Positions 1-7,759 of a stretch of 14,286 bases of DNA are shown here, piece after piece. The stretch comes from an uncultured archaeon (GTDB lineage Archaea; Iainarchaeota; Iainarchaeia; Iainarchaeales; 1-14-0-10-31-34), in contig CAZSOZ010000009.1 in assembly GCA_964608675.1 (NCBI GenBank), positions 1 to 14,286 of the forward strand, read 5' to 3'. Made by a program: the position numbers and the translations under genes. How positions within the stretch are numbered: the stretch's first letter is position 1; each line of letters opens with the position of its first letter. A model generated the notes under the pieces. The model did not search any database and was not told where the DNA came from. It was given only the letters and a program-made list of their open reading frames with translations.

Positions 1-69
<69 letters not shown>

Positions 70-142
70 GGATTAACCATACAAATAAAATAATAATCAA
101 TTAACAATAAATAGAATGTGCAGAATTAAAAAAGGGGTTTGA

Positions 143-1105
143 ATGGATTTAAAGGAAAAAATGCAGTTGATTGAAGAAAACACTGTTGAATTAATTACTA
201 AACAGGAAATTGAATTGCTTTTAAAGGAAAAAAAGCATCCAATTACTTATTGCGGTTATGAACCTTCAGGAGAAGTTCATTTAGGGCATATGGCTACTGT
301 AGTAAAATTAATGCAGTTGGAGAAAGCAGGATTTAAAGTTAAAATTCTTTTAGCTGACTGGCATGCTTTTTTGAATAAAAAAGGAACAGAAGAGAAGATT
401 CTTGAAAGAATTAATTTATGGAAGAAAGCCTTTAAAAAAATGGGAATAAAAGACCCTGAATTTATTTTGGGAAGCTCTTTTCAAAAGAAATCTGAATACA
501 TTCAGGATTTGCTTGTATTGTCTTTAAACACTACAATTAATCGTGGTTTAAGGGCAATGCAGGAAATTGCGCGGGACATTGATAATGCAAGCATTTCTCA
601 GGCAGTTTATCCTTTAATGCAAATTAATGACATAAAGCATTTGAGAGTTGATGTTGTTCAGTCAGGAATAGAACAAAGAAAAATTCATATGCTTGCAAGA
701 GAAATAATGCATAAAATTAATTACAAAAAACCTTTGCTTGTTCACACTCCTTTAATTGATTCTCTTCAAAAAATGGGAGCTAAAATGAGTTCAAGTGATT
801 TTAATTCTTTGGTTTCAGTGAGGGATTCCAGAGAAGAGGTAAAGAAAAAAATAAGCAAAGCTTTTTGTGTTGAAGGAAACTCAAATAATGCTTTAATGCA
901 GATTTTTAAGCTGATTGTTTTTCCGCGAAAAAAGTCAGTTGAAGTAAACCGTCCTCAAAAATTTGGCGGAAACATTCAGTTTAATTCTTTTAGTGAATTG
1001 GAGAAAGCATTTTCTGAAAAAAAACTGCATCCAATGGATTTAAAGAATTCTTTGTCTGAAGAATTAAATGAAATTCTTGAACCTGTAAGAAAAGTTTTTG
1101 TTTGA
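143..1105 (+). CDS. tyrS: Tyrosine--tRNA ligase, archaeal type
   Basis: YCGYEPSGEVHLGH (HIGH motif), LLADWHA, YPLMQIND (Tyr-binding), EQRKIHMLARE, KMSSS (KMSKS motif) and C-terminal LHPMDLK. At 320 aa it lacks the bacterial S4 domain. Confidence 0.97.
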   Translation: MDLKEKMQLIEENTVELITKQEIELLLKEKKHPITYCGYEPSGEVHLGHMATVVKLMQLEKAGFKVKILLADWHAFLNKKGTEEKILERINLWKKAFKKMGIKDPEFILGSSFQKKSEYIQDLLVLSLNTTINRGLRAMQEIARDIDNASISQAVYPLMQINDIKHLRVDVVQSGIEQRKIHMLAREIMHKINYKKPLLVHTPLIDSLQKMGAKMSSSDFNSLVSVRDSREEVKKKISKAFCVEGNSNNALMQIFKLIVFPRKKSVEVNRPQKFGGNIQFNSFSELEKAFSEKKLHPMDLKNSLSEELNEILEPVRKVFV

Positions 1106-1143
1106 AAGTTAATTTTATAAATAAAAGAAATCATATTTATGTT

Positions 1144-1773
1144 ATGAATCCGTTGCATTTGTTTTATAAGCCTGGAGAAGTAGTAAAGCATTATCTTGAA
1201 AACCCTGATATAATTAAAGCATTGCTTTTTGTTTTGTTGCCTGGAATTCTTTCTTTGATTGGATTATTTGTGTATGGCTTTAATGTGAATTTTCTTGTTC
1301 AGACAGCTAATTTTTTGCTTGCTGTTCTGGCATGGATTACTGCTTCAATTTTGATTGCATTAATTATTTCTTTGTTTGCAAGAAGAAAAGTTAGAACAGA
1401 ATTTTATGGGATTGCTTCTGCGGTTTCTTTAACAAGGTTTTTGGGGGCAGGAGCTGTTTTTTTGTTTTTGTTGATTCCAATGATTATTCCTGGAGAAATT
1501 TTTTCTTCTGCAAGAGATTTTCAAACCGGACAAATAACTTTAAATGAAGCTGGAGAAAATATTTCTACTGCAATGAATTCAGAAATGTTTGCTTCTGCTG
1601 TGCCTGTTGTAAGTGCAATAATTTTTTTAACGGTTATTTTTGCAGTTCTTTCTTTGGTTGTATACTATAAAATTATTTCAAAGAATGTTAATTCTAATGC
1701 AATCGTGCATTCAATTGCTTTAATTTGTTTTTTGGTTTTGGATTTAATTTTTATGAGAATTCTTGGTTTTTGA
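1144..1773 (+). CDS. Multi-pass membrane protein, Yip1-domain-like
   Basis: About 5 hydrophobic segments. The N-terminal LFYKPGEVVKHYLENP resembles the Yip1 N-terminal signature. ATG at 1144 is preferred to the TTG at 1102 that overlaps tyrS. Confidence 0.55.
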   Translation: MNPLHLFYKPGEVVKHYLENPDIIKALLFVLLPGILSLIGLFVYGFNVNFLVQTANFLLAVLAWITASILIALIISLFARRKVRTEFYGIASAVSLTRFLGAGAVFLFLLIPMIIPGEIFSSARDFQTGQITLNEAGENISTAMNSEMFASAVPVVSAIIFLTVIFAVLSLVVYYKIISKNVNSNAIVHSIALICFLVLDLIFMRILGF

Positions 1774-1820
1774 TTTTTATTTAATAAAGTTTTAAAAACT
1801 TTTTTTATTTATTTGATTTT

Positions 1821-1829
1821 GAGAGGTGG
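1821..1829 (+). promoter_or_regulatory. Shine-Dalgarno site of hsp20
   Basis: GAGAGGTGG lies 6 nt upstream of the ATG at 1836. Confidence 0.7.
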
Positions 1830-1835
1830 TTTTTA

Positions 1836-2276
1836 ATGGATGAATTGGATATCTGGGATCCTTTTAAAAAAATAAGAAAACAAGAAAATCTTTCCCGTTT
1901 TTTTGATTCTTTTCCGTCTTTTCCTAAATTTGAGTCAATGATTAGAACTCCTTTATTGGATGTAAAGGATGAAGGAGATTCTTTGAAAATTACTGCAGAA
2001 CTTCCGGGAATAAAAAAAGAAAATCTTGACATTGATTTAACTGAAAACCAGCTTACTTTAAAGGGAAGCATTGATTCAAAGAAAGAAAAATCAGACAAAA
2101 AGAAACAATATTATTTTAGGGAAAGAAAAACAAGTTCTTATTTCAGGTCAATTTCTTTGCCAGAGGAAGTGATTCCAAAAAAAACCAAAGCTGAATTCAA
2201 GAACGGAATACTTCACTTGGATTTATCAAAAAAACATAAAAAGAAATCTAAGGGTTTTAAAGTAAAAGTAAAGTGA
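1836..2276 (+). CDS. Small heat shock protein (Hsp20/alpha-crystallin family)
   Basis: WDPF N-terminal motif, PLLDVKD..LKITAELPGI, FRER..YFRSISLP, AEFKNGIL and a C-terminal VKV (IxI motif). Confidence 0.95.
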   Translation: MDELDIWDPFKKIRKQENLSRFFDSFPSFPKFESMIRTPLLDVKDEGDSLKITAELPGIKKENLDIDLTENQLTLKGSIDSKKEKSDKKKQYYFRERKTSSYFRSISLPEEVIPKKTKAEFKNGILHLDLSKKHKKKSKGFKVKVK

Positions 2277-2278
2277 AT

Positions 2279-2304
2279 TCTTTTTTTTTGTTCTTTTTCT
2301 TTTT
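2279..2304 (+). terminator. Archaeal oligo-T terminator candidate after hsp20
   Basis: T-tracts directly follow the TGA stop at 2274-2276. Confidence 0.45.
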
Positions 2305-2345
2305 AGATTAACTTAATATACTTTTTACTTTAAATTATTTTTAGG

Positions 2346-3746
2346 ATGACTGAATTTTATAATTCTTTAACCAAAAAAAAAGAGGTTTTTAAGCCCTTGA
2401 AGGCAAAAGAAGCAAGAATGTATACTTGTGGCCCCACTGTTTATGATTTTTCGCATATTGGAAATTTTCGTGCTTACATTTTTGAAGATTTGTTAAGGCG
2501 TTATCTGAAATTTAAGGGATTTAAGGTTGTTCAGGTAATGAATTTAACTGACGTGGATGACAAAACAATCAAGGGAGCAAGAAAAAAAGGGGTTTCTTTG
2601 AATGAATTTACTGAAAAATTTAAGAAAGCTTTTTTTGAAGATATTAAAACTTTAAATATTGAAAAAGCAGAATTTTATCCTGAAGCAACAAAAACTATTT
2701 CTGAAATGGTTGAACTAATAAAAAAATTGTTGAAAAAAGGTTTTGCTTATAAAGGAGAAGATAACAGCATTTATTTTTCAATTAAAAAATTCAAGGATTA
2801 TGGAAAGCTTTCTGGATTTAAAATAAAAGAATTAAAGGAAGGTGCAAGGGTTTCTCAGGATGAATATGATAAAGAGAATGCAAGAGATTTTGCTTTATGG
2901 AAAGCTTATGAAGAAAAAGATGGAGATGTTTTTTGGGAAACAGATTTGGGAAAAGGAAGACCGGGCTGGCATATTGAATGTTCTGCTATGAGCATGAAAT
3001 ATTTAGGGGAAACTTTTGATATTCATACAGGAGGACTTGACAATAAGTTTCCTCATCATGAAAATGAAATTGCTCAAAGTGAGGCAGCAACAGGAAAAAA
3101 ATTTGTTAATTATTGGCTTCATTGCGATCATTTAATTGTTGAAGGCCGGAAAATGAGTAAATCTTTAGGTAATTTTTATACTCTTCGTGATTTAATAAAA
3201 AAAGGTTTTTCTGTTAAAGCAATTCGTTTTGTTTTGCTTTCTACGCATTACAGAAACAAGCTTGATTTCACTGAAAAATCAGTTATTCATGCTGAAAACA
3301 AAATAAATAAATTTAATGAATTTATTTCAAAATTAAATGCAGTTAAAACTGAAGTCAAAAAGGAATTAAATGAAGTTAATTCTTTAATTAATGATGTTAG
3401 AAATTCTTTTGTTTCTGCTTTGGATGATGATTTAAATATTTCTTTGGCTTTAACTTTTTTGAATAATTTCATGAAAAAAATCAACAGGCTGGTTGATGAA
3501 AAAAAGCTTTCAAAAAAGGAAGCAGAAAAAATTATTTTTTTAATGAAAGAATTTGATTCTGTTTTGGGTGTAATTGATTTTGAAGAAAAAAATCTTTCTA
3601 AAGAATTAATGAATTTAATTGAAGAAAGAGAGAAAGCAAGAAAAGCAAAAAACTGGAAGAAAGCAGATGAATTAAGAGAAAAATTAAAAGAAAAAGGAAT
3701 TGAGTTAATTGACTCTAAATCTGGAGTAAGATTGAAAAAAATTTGA
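2346..3746 (+). CDS. cysS: Cysteine--tRNA ligase (class I)
   Basis: MYTCGPTVYD..HIGN, TDVDDK, DFALWK, GRPGWHIECSAM, DIHTGG.D..FPHHENEIAQ, KMSKS and the ALDDDLN (DALR) domain. Confidence 0.98.
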   Translation: MTEFYNSLTKKKEVFKPLKAKEARMYTCGPTVYDFSHIGNFRAYIFEDLLRRYLKFKGFKVVQVMNLTDVDDKTIKGARKKGVSLNEFTEKFKKAFFEDIKTLNIEKAEFYPEATKTISEMVELIKKLLKKGFAYKGEDNSIYFSIKKFKDYGKLSGFKIKELKEGARVSQDEYDKENARDFALWKAYEEKDGDVFWETDLGKGRPGWHIECSAMSMKYLGETFDIHTGGLDNKFPHHENEIAQSEAATGKKFVNYWLHCDHLIVEGRKMSKSLGNFYTLRDLIKKGFSVKAIRFVLLSTHYRNKLDFTEKSVIHAENKINKFNEFISKLNAVKTEVKKELNEVNSLINDVRNSFVSALDDDLNISLALTFLNNFMKKINRLVDEKKLSKKEAEKIIFLMKEFDSVLGVIDFEEKNLSKELMNLIEEREKARKAKNWKKADELREKLKEKGIELIDSKSGVRLKKI

Positions 3747-3785
3747 TTAACTTGCTAATCTTTAAATACTTCTAGTGCGTTTTTT

Positions 3786-4220
3786 TTGTGTATACTTGAA
3801 GAATTTTTTTCTGTAGACTTGCAGTTAATTTATACTTCTGGTTTGGTTGCAGAACTTGGATTAATTGTTGTTTTTGCTACTTTGGTGGCTTTAATTGGAA
3901 GGCTGTTAAAACAGCCTTTAATTTTGTCTTATATTGTTGCAGGAGTTTTAATTGGGCCTTTTGGCTTGAATTTAATTGGTTTAACTGAAGGAATGGAAAA
4001 CATTACTTTGATTTCAGAGTTGGGTGTTGCTTTTTTGTTGTTTACTGTTGGAGTTGAATCTGATTTAAATAAATTAAAAAACATAGGAAAAATTGTTTTG
4101 TTTGGAGGAACTCTTCAGGTTTTTTTTGATTTTGGTTTTCCTATTGCTTTTGCTGTTTCTTTGTAAGTGGAAATTTTTCCTTTTGGAATTTTTTTTAATG
4201 CATTCCAGATTTTTTCTTGA
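3786..4220 (+). pseudogene. N-terminal fragment of a CPA2 / Kef-type cation:proton antiporter
   Basis: LKQPLILSYIVAGVLIGP, SELGVAFLLFTVGVE and GGTLQV match the first helices of KefB/KefC-like antiporters. The ORF stops at 4166 after about 126 aa, whereas the family membrane domain alone is about three times longer. There is no N-terminal ATG, and the frame stays open and hydrophobic to 4220. Confidence 0.75.
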
Positions 4221-4227
4221 AATTCAG

Positions 4228-4806
4228 TCATTTAAATCCATATAATTTGTTTTTTTTAATGTAATCAAAAACTTTGTCTGGCAGAAAAACTGAAACAGGT
4301 TTTTTTTGTTTTATTTTTTTTCTTATTAATGTGGAAGAAATTTCACTGCTTAAAGTTGGTTTTATTGTGATTGGATTAAATTTTTTTATTTTTTCCGGGA
4401 TTTCTTTTTTGTTTTCAACTGCAACAAGAATGAATTTTATTTCTTTTAAAAGTTTTTCTGGTTTTTTCCATTTATGAAAGTTTTCTATTGCTTTAAGTGA
4501 AGCAATAAAATTGAATTCGTGTTCTGGAAATTTTTTTTTTAGTTCTTTAATTGAGTCAATTGTATATGTTTTTTTTTGTTTGTTTAATTCAAATTCATTT
4601 AATTCCATGTTTTTTTCGTTTTGTATTGCAAGTTCAATCATTTTTTTTCTGTGTTCTGCTTTTTCCGGCTGTTTTTTTAGGGGGTTCTGCCAGCAGGGAA
4701 AAAACCATATTTTATCACACAACTTTTTTTCTAAAACCTGTTTTCCTGCAATCACGTGCCCTAAATGAATTGGGTCAAATGAGCCTCCGAATAATCCTAT
4801 TTTCAT
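4228..4806 (-). CDS. nadD: Nicotinate-nucleotide adenylyltransferase, bacterial NadD type
   Basis: IGLFGGSFDPIHLGH, P..QNPLK, R..M..LA, TYTIDS, W...EKL, ISSTLIR and V.DYI.KN.LY. It lies in an operon with nadC and nadE. Confidence 0.88.
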   Translation of the reverse strand: MKIGLFGGSFDPIHLGHVIAGKQVLEKKLCDKIWFFPCWQNPLKKQPEKAEHRKKMIELAIQNEKNMELNEFELNKQKKTYTIDSIKELKKKFPEHEFNFIASLKAIENFHKWKKPEKLLKEIKFILVAVENKKEIPEKIKKFNPITIKPTLSSEISSTLIRKKIKQKKPVSVFLPDKVFDYIKKNKLYGFK

Positions 4807-4822
4807 TTTTTATCACATTTAA

Positions 4823-5650
4823 TTAATCCATAAGCAAACTTAAGTTTATTGATTTAACTGAATGTGTAATTAATCCCATTGAAATAAAATCAGGTTTTGT
4901 TTCTGCATATTTTTTGAGGTTTTCAAAATTAATGTTTCCTGAAACTTCAATTTTTATTTTTTTGTTTTTTTTTCTTATTTCTTTTACTGCTTTTTCTGCT
5001 TGTTTAACTGAAAAATTATCCAGCATTATTATGTCTGGTTCTGCTTTTATTGCTTGTCTGACTTCACTTAAATTTTTTACTTCTATTTCAATGATTTTTT
5101 TTGTTTTATTTTTTTTGTTGTATTTTTTTGCTTTTTTAATTAATTTAGGAATTGAACTGAATTTTAAGTGGTTTTCTTTTATTAAAAAATCTGAATTAAG
5201 GTTTTTTCTATGAGAAAGAATTCCTGCTTCTTTGCCTGCTTTTTTGTCGAATTCGTTTAAGCCTAAACAGGTTTTTCTTGTCAGCATTATTTTTGGTTTT
5301 CCTGAAATTTTTTGTGCTTTTGCTCCAAGGGAAGCTATTCCGCTCATTCTTCCCAGAATATTTAATGCAGTTCTTTCAGCTGAAAGAATTTTTTTGTTGC
5401 TTCCTTTTAATTTCATTAAAGTTTTTCCTTTTAAGTATTTTTTTCCGTTTTTTGTCTGCAGTTTTGTTTTTATTCCAAAGTGTTCAAACAATAATTTTGT
5501 TTCCTCTAATCCTGAAATGACTGCGTTTTCTTTTAATTTAATTTTTGCAGTGCATTTTTTTTCTTTAAGCAGGGAAGAAGTAATGTCTTTTCCTGCAATG
5601 TCTTCTTTTACTGCTGAAACCAGTTTTTGTTTCATTTTTTTTGAAAGCAT
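4823..5650 (-). CDS. nadC: Quinolinate phosphoribosyltransferase (nicotinate-nucleotide diphosphorylase, carboxylating)
   Basis: ED..DITS, ERTALN..MSGIA, TRKT, HR, FLIKENH, IEIEV, IIMLDN, EVSGNI and ISMG.ITHS. ATG at 5650 is preferred to the TTG at 5662. Confidence 0.9.
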   Translation of the reverse strand: MLSKKMKQKLVSAVKEDIAGKDITSSLLKEKKCTAKIKLKENAVISGLEETKLLFEHFGIKTKLQTKNGKKYLKGKTLMKLKGSNKKILSAERTALNILGRMSGIASLGAKAQKISGKPKIMLTRKTCLGLNEFDKKAGKEAGILSHRKNLNSDFLIKENHLKFSSIPKLIKKAKKYNKKNKTKKIIEIEVKNLSEVRQAIKAEPDIIMLDNFSVKQAEKAVKEIRKKNKKIKIEVSGNINFENLKKYAETKPDFISMGLITHSVKSINLSLLMD

Positions 5651-5654
5651 TTTT

Positions 5655-6407
5655 TTAATCAAACCTTATTTTTTTTATTGTTTCTGTTTTGTGTTTGTTT
5701 TCTTTTATTCTTTGAAGGATTTTTTCTGCTTTTTTTTTGAATTTTTTTTGGAGTTCTTTTTCTGTTTTTCCTTTTTCTTTTTCTGAAAGAATTTCATCTA
5801 TTTCTTTATAGCTTAAACCTAAATCTTTTTCGTCTGTTTGGTTTTCTTCGAGTTCTGCTGAAGGAGTTCTTTGAATTATTTTTTTTGGAATGCCTGCTGT
5901 TTCTGCTATTCTGAATATTTCTGTTTTAAATAAGTTTCCTAAAGGCATAAAATCTGATGCTCCGTCTCCGTATTTTGTAAAATACCCTAATTGTATTTCT
6001 GTTTTGTTTGAGGTTCCTATTACTATTGCTTTTTTTGCGTTGGCATAATTGTATAATACTGTCATTCTTATTCTTGGCTTTAAATTTGTTTTTGATGCTT
6101 TGTTTTGTTTCCATGGAAGAAGCTTAAAGAAAGGCTTAAAGAATTCATTTATGTTTATTTTAATGGTTTTTATTCCGAGCTGTACAGCAAGTTCTTCTGC
6201 AAGTTTTTTGCTTTGTTTTCTGCTGGTTTTTTCAGGCATTATTAATCCTAAAACTTTTTCTTTTCCTATTGCGTCAACTGTAATTTTTGCTGTTAAAGAA
6301 GAATCGATTCCTCCGCTTAATCCAATTACTGCTTTTTTTAATTTTTGTTCTTCAAAGAATTTTTTTGTTTTTTGCACTAACTGAAAGTATTTTTCTTTAG
6401 GGCTCAT
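5655..6407 (-). CDS. nadE: NH3-dependent NAD+ synthetase
   Basis: GLSGGIDSS, N.K.RIRM..LY, GTSNKTE..GYFTKYGDG, PLGNLFKT and PSAEL..QTDE, with no glutaminase domain. ATG at 6407 (MSPKEK) is the preferred start. Confidence 0.95.
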   Translation of the reverse strand: MSPKEKYFQLVQKTKKFFEEQKLKKAVIGLSGGIDSSLTAKITVDAIGKEKVLGLIMPEKTSRKQSKKLAEELAVQLGIKTIKININEFFKPFFKLLPWKQNKASKTNLKPRIRMTVLYNYANAKKAIVIGTSNKTEIQLGYFTKYGDGASDFMPLGNLFKTEIFRIAETAGIPKKIIQRTPSAELEENQTDEKDLGLSYKEIDEILSEKEKGKTEKELQKKFKKKAEKILQRIKENKHKTETIKKIRFD

Positions 6408-6429
6408 CAAAAAATTTAACCGCATAAAG

Positions 6430-6437
6430 TTTAAATA
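6430..6437. promoter_or_regulatory. Candidate TATA box between divergent nadE and cmk
   Basis: TTTAAATA lies about 23-24 nt from both the nadE ATG (6407) and the cmk ATG (6461). Confidence 0.5.
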
Positions 6438-6460
6438 GAAATACAAACCTTTTTTTTTGT

Positions 6461-7051
6461 ATGAAAGATAAAGTAATTATTGTTTCGGGATTAAGTGGTT
6501 CAGGCAAAAGCAATTTAGTGGAATTTATAGCAGAAAAATTTAATTTAAAGTGTGTTCATACTTCTTCTTTGCTGAAAAAATTAATGAAAAGCCGTAAAGA
6601 AGAACTTGTTATAGAGAAAGGAAAAAAGAATGACGGCTGGTGGGAAAGCAAAGAAGCAAAAGAAGCTTTTAAGAAAAGGCTTGCAGAAATAAAGTTTGAC
6701 CGGCAATTGGATGACTTGCTTTTGAATTTAATTGAAAAAGGAAACATTGTAATGGATTCTTGGACAATGGGTTATTTAAGCAAAAAGGGATTTAAAATCT
6801 GGCTTAAGGCGTCTCCTGAAACAAGAGCAAAAAGAATTGCAAAAAGAAACAACAAGCCTTTTGAAGAAACCTTGAATGCAGTTAAATTAAAAGAGGATTC
6901 AACAAAAGAAATTTACAAAAAAGTGTATGGTTTTACTTTAGGCGAAAATTTAAAAAAATTTGATTTGGTTATTGATACTGAAAAAATTCCTGAAAAAGAA
7001 GTAAGAAAAATTTCTTTAGAGGCGCTTAAAAAAGAATTTAATGAAAACTAA
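6461..7051 (+). CDS. cmk: Cytidylate kinase, archaeal type (P-loop NMP kinase)
   Basis: IIVSGLSGSGKS Walker A, DRQLD, KIWLKASPETRAKRI, Y.K.YG and FDLVIDT fit the archaeal CMK pattern. Confidence 0.8.
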   Translation: MKDKVIIVSGLSGSGKSNLVEFIAEKFNLKCVHTSSLLKKLMKSRKEELVIEKGKKNDGWWESKEAKEAFKKRLAEIKFDRQLDDLLLNLIEKGNIVMDSWTMGYLSKKGFKIWLKASPETRAKRIAKRNNKPFEETLNAVKLKEDSTKEIYKKVYGFTLGENLKKFDLVIDTEKIPEKEVRKISLEALKKEFNEN

Positions 7052-7052
7052 T

Positions 7053-7256
7053 TTATTTTTTTACTGCAAGCCTGATATCTGCATCAATAATTGTTTTTCT
7101 TCCTGCGTGTTTTGCATATTCTGCTGCTGTCCTTGAAATTTTTTCTCCTTCTGTTTCCAAAAACAAGCCTAATTCTTTTGAAGCAGACTCGCTTACTCTT
7201 AAACCTGAACTCTTTCTTATTATTCTATCTAATGCTGCTAAAGGCAATTCAGTCAT
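7053..7256 (-). CDS. Archaeal histone (HMf-type singlet)
   Basis: 67 aa containing ELPLA..RII, RVS and AKHAGRKTI..DI.LA. A GGAGG SD lies at 7264-7268 and a TTTAAATA box at 7298-7305, both on the minus strand. Confidence 0.95.
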   Translation of the reverse strand: MTELPLAALDRIIRKSSGLRVSESASKELGLFLETEGEKISRTAAEYAKHAGRKTIIDADIRLAVKK

Positions 7257-7392
7257 TTTAATGCCTCCTTTTTGTCTTTAAAACAATAAGTTTCTTTTAT
7301 TTAAAAATTTAATGGTTTTAAAAGGTTTTTTCTCTTTTTTGCTTTTTTTTTACCGAATTTTTTTTAATTCTTTTGTTCTTTTTTATTTTTTT

Positions 7393-7704
7393 ATGCCTGT
7401 CAGAATTCAACTTAAAAAAAAGTATCCTTCTTCTGATTTAAATGCAAAGCAGTCCAGAGTAATTAAATATTTATATGAACATAAAAACGAAAAGCCAAAG
7501 CCGGTAAGGGAAATTGTAAGCGAACTAAATAAAATTAAAGGAAAACAGGAAATTAAGCCGGCAAATGTTTATGGGGCTTTGAAGAGATTAAATGAGTATA
7601 ATAATAGGTTAACAAGAAAGAATCTTAAAAAAATAAATTTTCTTAAAACAAAATCAGGAAAAAAAGGCAGGAAAAGAAAACGCAAAAAGCCTTTTCGTTT
7701 GTAA
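7393..7704 (+). CDS. Small basic protein, putative winged-helix DNA-binding domain with a Lys/Arg-rich tail
   Basis: LNAKQSRVIKYL..PVREIVSEL..IKPANVYGALKRL has the three-helix spacing of an HTH. The C-terminus is KTKSGKKGRKRKRKKPFRL. ATG at 7393 is preferred because the upstream part of the ORF is poly-T, intergenic-like sequence. Confidence 0.6.
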   Translation: MPVRIQLKKKYPSSDLNAKQSRVIKYLYEHKNEKPKPVREIVSELNKIKGKQEIKPANVYGALKRLNEYNNRLTRKNLKKINFLKTKSGKKGRKRKRKKPFRL

Positions 7705-7759
7705 TCACCTGCATTTTGCTTCCAATTTGTTTTTATTTAATTTCCTGTACTTTTTTTTT

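Noticed and set aside
4823-5650. ModD or nicotinate phosphoribosyltransferase instead of NadC
   Set aside because: It retains the quinolinate-binding TRKT, HR and LIKENH motifs typical of NadC and lies between nadE and nadD.
4274-6384. Several + strand ORFs (4274, 4511, 4551, 4914, 5232, 5278, 6049) rich in Phe
   Set aside because: They are antisense shadows of the Lys-rich nadD, nadC and nadE genes (AAA read as TTT) and have no motifs.
7312-7392. Hydrophobic N-terminal extension (apparent TM or signal peptide) on the wHTH-like ORF
   Set aside because: It is a Phe-rich translation of poly-T intergenic sequence. ATG 7393 is the more plausible start, and the same applies to the 7727-7759 extension of hef.
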